Assembly: GCF_009914755.1 (NCBI RefSeq)
Contig: NC_060934.1
Direction: 5' to 3' (one strand)
Length of the DNA stretch: 64,000 nt
Source: the human T2T-CHM13v2.0 reference genome, Homo sapiens
The notes below the pieces were generated by a model, which ran no database searches, was not told where the DNA came from, and was given only the letters and a program-made list of their open reading frames with translations. Positions 57,374-64,000 of the stretch are shown here, in pieces. The translations under genes were made by a program, and so were the position numbers. The first letter of the stretch is position 1. Each line of letters begins with the position of its first letter.

Positions 57374-58359
57374 AGGTCTTCCTCTTTTAATCACAACACC
57401 TACTGTTTCCTAGTAATTCTTAACCCGTATTTCACCTAGTCCAGTCACCATTATCCAGCATGCCTTCTGGTTATCCACATTATTATTTCGTCTTAAATGT
57501 CTTTCTTTCCACCCTTTCTTTGCCTTTTCACTTTCTCCATCTTTCATTGCCCAGCCCCAGTTCCTTCCAATCCACAGTGATCAATGTTTCTTGTTTAAAA
57601 AATTTATTTACCCCTCAGAACCTGTATCCTCTTATGTAAAGTGGATACACTTACAGTGCCTCTCATGAAGATTAAGTGCACAGATATTTGACTCATAAAA
57701 TATTTTCAATAAATATAATCCCTACCCCAGTAATGTATCTTGCTGTCTGCTATTCCTTCAAGCCCTGTGTGTCTGGGCCTGAACTGGTCATAGGAGTAAA
57801 AAAATATAGATGCTGGTCACATTCTCAATAGGCTCAGAATTAAATAAGGAAAGATGTATACAAATCATTTCAATGCAAGGCCATTTAAGGGAATACCATA
57901 TAAGGACAGAAAACAGGCTAAGAGAAGACAGGAAGGGAAATTGTGCCAGGTGATAAGAAAAAGATTTCCTGAGAAGGAGTCAGATACCACATAGAGTATT
58001 TCTTCCCTATGGTTTTCTGCATTTTCCTAAGTTTTAAAACATAGGAAACTGTATATTTAACATTATGATAGTTTTCAAAGTCTTCTCTATTCTCTAAATT
58101 ATAAAACTAGTTTTCTTATGAGGTCTCCTTAGGAATAATACTTAGATTTTGAAAATCTGTTTACTTATTTATACATATATACCTCACCATTTTCCAGAAG
58201 GGATTTCAGATGCGCCTGTACTGAATATCTTGACCATCATCTCAGTGCATATGTGGAATGCAACTTTTGGGAAATATACACAGATTCTTCAATTGCATTT
58301 GTTTATGAAATTCTTTTTTTTTCCATTAGCTCAGGAACAAGAATGTAACCATAGAGATT

Positions 58360-58620
58360 TTCACAATTTATTCAATCACTTGGCCAATATCTGTTGAACC
58401 CATACTTCATTCCAGAGCAGTGCCATTTTCTTGGGATACAGATGTGGACAAGACATTCATGGACCCTACTCTTGACAAGTTGACATGCTTATAGGGAAGC
58501 AGACAACAAGCAATGGGATAAATTAATAAAACAACATAATTAGAGCTAGTAATACATTCTGTGAGGGAAATAAAAGGTGCTATGATGAGCAAAGGAGGAT
58601 GATAGGGGTGGGGCTATGGA
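58360..58620 (-). mobile_element. L2 fragment
   Basis: ttattcaatcacttggccaatatctgttgaacc...gggatacagatgtggacaagaca. Confidence 0.65.
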
Positions 58621-59325
58621 GAATTTCATTATATAAGCATTTTGGGCAAAGGGCTCACTTTATTATAGAAGGTACTTGATGTTCAAGAAGATTTACTCAA
58701 AATCTGCAAAAAAAATTGAGCTATTGCCTTCTGTGTTTATTATCTTTAATTGTGTGTGCACACAAGCTGTATGTATTATTTATGAAAAGATATCTGTAAG
58801 ATAAAAAGCAGAATCTCCCAATTAGAATAAGGGTTAGGTATTTTATATGATGAAATACAATGTGACCATTTAAAATATTTTATAGGGCCTTTAAAAATAA
58901 CATAATCCAATATTAGCATGAAAAAATAATATGTGGTTTGGAATGTAAGTACATAAAATTATGCCATTATCAGTCATGTTTCAGTCTGAATGCACTGTAT
59001 GTATTCCAAATATGGAGGGCTTAAATACAGAGAATTAGAGGGATTTGCACGATGTGTTGGATGTTCTAGGAAACATAGGCATAGATGCGACCATTGATCC
59101 CAGCCAGCAGTGCCACAGTGGATGTTTTTGAAGGGCTCACCCTGAAGGTATCACAAATCTCCAGGAACCTCTGGTAAGCCCCAGCCTACTCCATCAGCAA
59201 ATTTGGTGGTTCTCAGGGTCAGATTTGTGTTATAAAAGACTGCAGCATGTCTTTCCTGAGACTTGCTACAAGTTAGGATTCAACTTTGGAGCACTTTAGG
59301 ATGGACAGATTATGATGGATCAGCA

Positions 59326-59820
59326 TATGTTAGTTTTCTATTAAAACTATTGTAACAAATTACCAACATGTAGTGGCATAAAATAACAGAAGTTTATTAT
59401 TTTGCAGTTTTGTAAGTTAGAAGTCCAGTACAAGTCTCACTGGGATAAAATCAAGGTGAAGTAGGCTGTGTTCCTTTCTGGAGAATCTAGGGGAGAATCT
59501 ACTTCCTTGCTTTTTTCAGCTGTTATAGGCTGCTTATATCCCTTGGCTCATGGTCCCTGTCTCCATCTTCAAAGGCAACCATAACAGGCCAAGTCCTTCT
59601 CACCTCACCACTCTCTGACCCACTGCAGCTGAAAAAATTCTCCTCTTGTATAGACTCATATGATTAGATTAGGCCCACCTGGATAACCCAGGATAATCTC
59701 CTGATCTCAATATCTTTACTCTCAACTATATATGCTAAGTCCCTTTTGCAAGAGCATATTGGCAGGCCCCAGAGATTAGGGCTTGGACATCTTCAGGGGC
59801 TATTATTTTGAGCACCAGCA
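59326..59820 (-). mobile_element. MaLR LTR (MLT1D-like)
   Basis: ttgtaacaaattacca...ccttggctcatggtccc...ggcccacctggataacccaggataatctcc. Confidence 0.85.
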
Positions 59821-62014
59821 TGCTAATGAAAAAGATGGTGGGGCTAGTCATTATGAGCCCATTGACTGCCTTTGTGCAAGCCAGACAAAGATGCCTCCCC
59901 TAGTTGGAGAGGGCCACTTGATGAGCAAAAGGGGTTTCCGCTGAATTTAGAAAAGGCATCCTTTCTTCTAGACAGGTGCTGCCCTGAGCCAGGGCTCACG
60001 GCTTGCATAACAGAGCACAGGCTGGGTTTCAGACCCACGCTTCCCCTTGATGGGATGGCTTAACCTGCACAAAACTATACAGAGGCCCTGGGTAGAATCA
60101 ATGGGTGGCAATAGCTAGAAGAGAGGTGATGAAATCCGGTGAATTTAATCCCCCACCTCTTTCTCAGGATGGGATTGGGGTGGTGGAGGTGTTAAGCCTT
60201 GGAGCTGCTGGGGATTCCACAGCTCTAATCCTTTCTCTCAGGACCCAATCCACTTTGATTCACTTCCTCATCATTTCATTTATATTTTAAATAACCATGT
60301 ACCACCTGTCCAACCAGGCTATAACTTCCTGGAGGGCGGCAAGCCTACGTTATCTTCCTCTTATATTCCTTATTATACTTCCTTATTAGATATTTAACAC
60401 ATGTGGCATAAATGAACCAATGACTGAAATAAAACGTAATGAGAATTGTAAAAGACCTTTAGGATTTAACAATAAAAGCCATTGTTACCATCTTTTTAAA
60501 AATAGAAATACAGAGAAAAACTATTGGACAGCAAAGTTTCCCTTCCCTCCTCAGTCTTTCCATTCCTTGAACAATCCTTTCCCCCAATGGGACCTTTCTT
60601 TTGTCCATTGGCTGTTCTATGCTCCCTGCCTTTCCTTTTCTCTTTCAAAATCTGCTAGTTGGTATTGATGCTCAGGCATGATTGAGTTTATCACTGTGGT
60701 CTGCCCTTAAGGAATACATGTGTTTGATGCCTAATTATAGGATTAAAAGTCTGCTTTGTGTTAAAAGAATTGTCAGAGCAGGTGGGAGAAGCATTTTGGG
60801 GGCAGGGGCTTCCTTGGTACCTCTAACATCTTATCCCGTAGGTTGCTACTTCTTCTGCCAATGCCTCCAGCAGGCCCTCCCCCGTCTGCTGGAGAAAGGA
60901 AACATTCTTGCAGAACATTTCAAGTACATTATCCAGCCCTCTATTAGAAACCCTGCTTTCCCTCATCCTGACCCCCTGCCTTACTCTGTAATATTACAAT
61001 GCAGATAAGCACAGAGGTAGCACGTGTTGATGCGGTCATTACTGAGCTGATCCTGCTTCACAAGCTATCCATTTTGCAGTGGGAATGTCACAACATGAGT
61101 CACAATGGGACTTCAAAACCGTGTGTTTGTCACTCTGTATCCAGGGGAGAAAGACACTAATATTTCAAATTTCCTGAGATTTTTCTGCATATCTGACTTG
61201 TTAAAACATATAATCTCTGAAATCTGAGAGATAATGCCTTGGAATCAAAACTATGATTATTTATTTGCTCCAACTGCAGCATCATTTATGCAGCAAAGTA
61301 TGAAAAAGGAATTACATTCCCCGATAACATCAGGAAACCCATATTTAATGCAGATTTAAAAGGACAGATGCTAGCATACTGGTTCCACTGATCATTACAA
61401 ACACACAGAGGTTTAGCAGCTGTCTGATAGCTACATGCACAGTACAATGAGAGATACAAATATGGGTGAGTGCATATAGATTGTAGTTTAATCTCCTGAA
61501 ATATTTCTACTGATCAATGACTGTAGCTTCGTGGTGTGCAATTGTCCTCTTTAAATCAAAATGGCCTGTCTATTTGTGAACTCTAGCTCAGTGCTTTGCT
61601 GGAGGGAAAAAGTTGGGAAAGAAGCCCGTTAGTAATGCATAGAATGATACTTTTTAATCAGAATATTAACATTTTGATTGAACCGATGGAACATTTAAAT
61701 GGAAATATTCAATTGCAAAGACCAAACTTGTGAGGGAGCCTACAACATGCACAGGGTCTGTGCCTTTTTCCTTGATTAAAGAGAATTCTTTTAATAGAGA
61801 AAAAAGTAACAGATTAAAGAATCTTATATTAAGAATGGAAGGGTGGGTATTGTTCCCTTTTCAATTGCTTCTATTTAAATATAGACAAGCACACACATGG
61901 GCAGCTATAAAGGCAGAGACTTTGATCTACGGATGATTGAAGAAGTGTGTAGTAACTTGCGTCAAAAACCAAGCAAAGCAAAAAGACTATGAAATGAGGT
62001 GTAACATCAGACTG

Positions 62015-62180
62015 CGATGCTAGCACCAGCTCCATCCCTAACTGGCCATGTGACCTTGGAGAAGCCACTTTACTCTCTGGGCTCAGTTTTTCACACTGGT
62101 CAAATGGAGACAATACTTAAGGAATTCACACAGTTTTCATGTGGATTGAAAGGGATTTAAAAACTCTTTGCATCTTCAGC
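62015..62180 (+). mobile_element. MIR-like
   Basis: tgtgaccttggagaagccactttactctctgggctcagtttttcac. Confidence 0.7.
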
Positions 62181-64000
62181 AGTTGGTAAGCATCCCTGTT
62201 TCCCACTGGGAAAATGCAAATCCCCAAATAGGGTATGAAGCTAGAGGTGATGAGCTGCTCAGTGGATGCACAGTGAAATTTAGGAGGCAGAGTCTCCTTT
62301 AAAGGGTTTTGACCCTTTGACTGATCTGCCACTGATTAATACCCCAGTTTTCTAGAGTAAAGTAAATATCTGGATTTTCTTTTCACAACAAATTGTGGGT
62401 AGAGATCCACCTGATTCACCTGATACCTCTGCTTTGTTCTTAATCCATCTTGGAATGAAACATCTGACTGCTTCTGAAATGCCCAGATTTATTGCAAAGG
62501 AGGTTCCCAAGTCACTTATTATTTTTTTGTTTGGCTTTGAAGCATGATCAAAAGTGTGACTATTTCTTTGGTCAAAAGAAATCTCCTGGCTTCAGATACT
62601 CTTAGAGCAGAGCTTAGTGTTTGGAATGAGAAAGGAAAAAATGACTATCAGAGCATCAGCTTATGAAGCAAGTATCCTTAGAATGCTTAAGGTTTTGAAG
62701 GGCAATTCTGATAAATATAGTCTCATTGTTTGTGCTGGGGAAGGAGCATGGCCTCTTAGAACTGTAGAATTCTACAGAATCATTTTACAAGTGAAGAACC
62801 TGAGGCCCACAGAGAGAGAAAGCATTGGGAAATATGTTTATGGATTTGACCCAACACTCCTGTTTAGGGAAGATACATCCAGATGGCCACTCCTATACCC
62901 ATAACATACACTATGATTTTTTATTTCCTTGGTCAACCTTCCAATTTGATACAGCCCAGTCCTCTTGCTTATTCCCATCTCCCCACCCAGTGCCACTCCT
63001 GGCCACAGACTGGGATGATAGCATCTTTGAAGATATCAGAAAAGCTAGTGAACATTTGTACTAGAAAAAGGAATGCTAATTCATTATTTCATTAGCACAT
63101 AATATTTCCTCTCTTGACTCCTCTCTTCCACTTCAAAGAGAATGCTGCTGATTTTTGGTGAAGTGTGGAAGAAATCATTCTGCTTTCCAGGAGACTAACA
63201 TTATGGAATCACAGGGAGGAAGGACACACATTTTAAGGTTACAGGTGGCTGTGCCACCTGCCAGTCAATTCTCAACAGACGGAGTAGGAGCTTCATTTTT
63301 TTTATTCCAGAGCAGAGCAGTGGATGTCGGGAAGATTCCTGAACTTCACTGAAGCTGTTTTCCACAGGGTCTGGTAAGCCAAGGAGTTTCCACACTGGGG
63401 TGAGTGGATTTGACAGCAGAGGTGGAAGGAATCTACAGGAAAGAGCTGCCTAATTAATCACAAGCTATCAGAGCCTTTCAGCAGTGAGAGTCTCTGAGGT
63501 CTTAACAACACCCCTCAGTAAAGTTAAAAACCATCTTGGTATGACTTCATTTTCTTAGAGACACATGATTGATCTGGCTATTGGTGAATGGAGACACTGC
63601 GGCTTCTTTCTGTAGATGGTGTCATTAGATGAGAAGATTAAGTGCCTTTGAGCAAAGGCTATGTGAAGACTGTGAGTGATTCACTGGGAATGGAAGAAAG
63701 ATAAAGAAAACTCTGAAATATGTACTTTTAAAGGCAAAACCTTAGACTTTACCTCATTTATTAGCATCATAAAAAGCTTGGTGGAGAGTCTCAGCTAAGA
63801 AAAATGCCTTCTTTGGGTCAAGTCTTTAGGGATACCGCTCAAAGCAGCTAACTGGGGCTGGTATCTATGAGGAATATCTTATTTTTTATTGTTGGTCCTA
63901 CTCTATTCCCCTTTTAAGCTTTTGAATGCTCTGAAAGGAGACAGGGGTCTTTTCATTTGGAGCCTCTTAAGTATTAGGAAGCCAGGCTGGGCCAATTCAA

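Overview
Primate (human-like) genomic DNA, CpG-depleted and dense in interspersed repeats. These include Alu J/S/Y, MIR, L2, L1, MaLR and ERVL LTRs, ERVL internal remnants, a near full-length Tigger1 and MER5/MER96 DNA elements. Almost all listed ORFs are chance or repeat-derived. The recognisable protein matches are a 5'-truncated L1 ORF2 (39475-40581), decayed Tigger1 transposase, and ERVL integrase, dUTPase and gag fragments. One feature the ORF track misses is a well-formed 68-nt + strand internal exon at 23025-23092 (VILILTKLYDFNLGSVTESSLWR). It sits in repeat-poor, motif-rich sequence, so the window is best read as two very large introns of a + strand gene I cannot name. The strong minus-strand bias of LTR and older L1 insertions fits that reading. 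I see no support for a new multi-gene system. The most unusual structures are a serial fold-back (+/-/+) triplication inside an L2 (36484-37170), an AluY and a solo poly(A) inserted in opposite orientations at one near-palindromic target (38829-39193), a nested transposon stack (9875-15013), several local duplications, and candidate enhancers. Repeat subfamily names are from recalled consensus sequences, and boundaries of old repeats are approximate.
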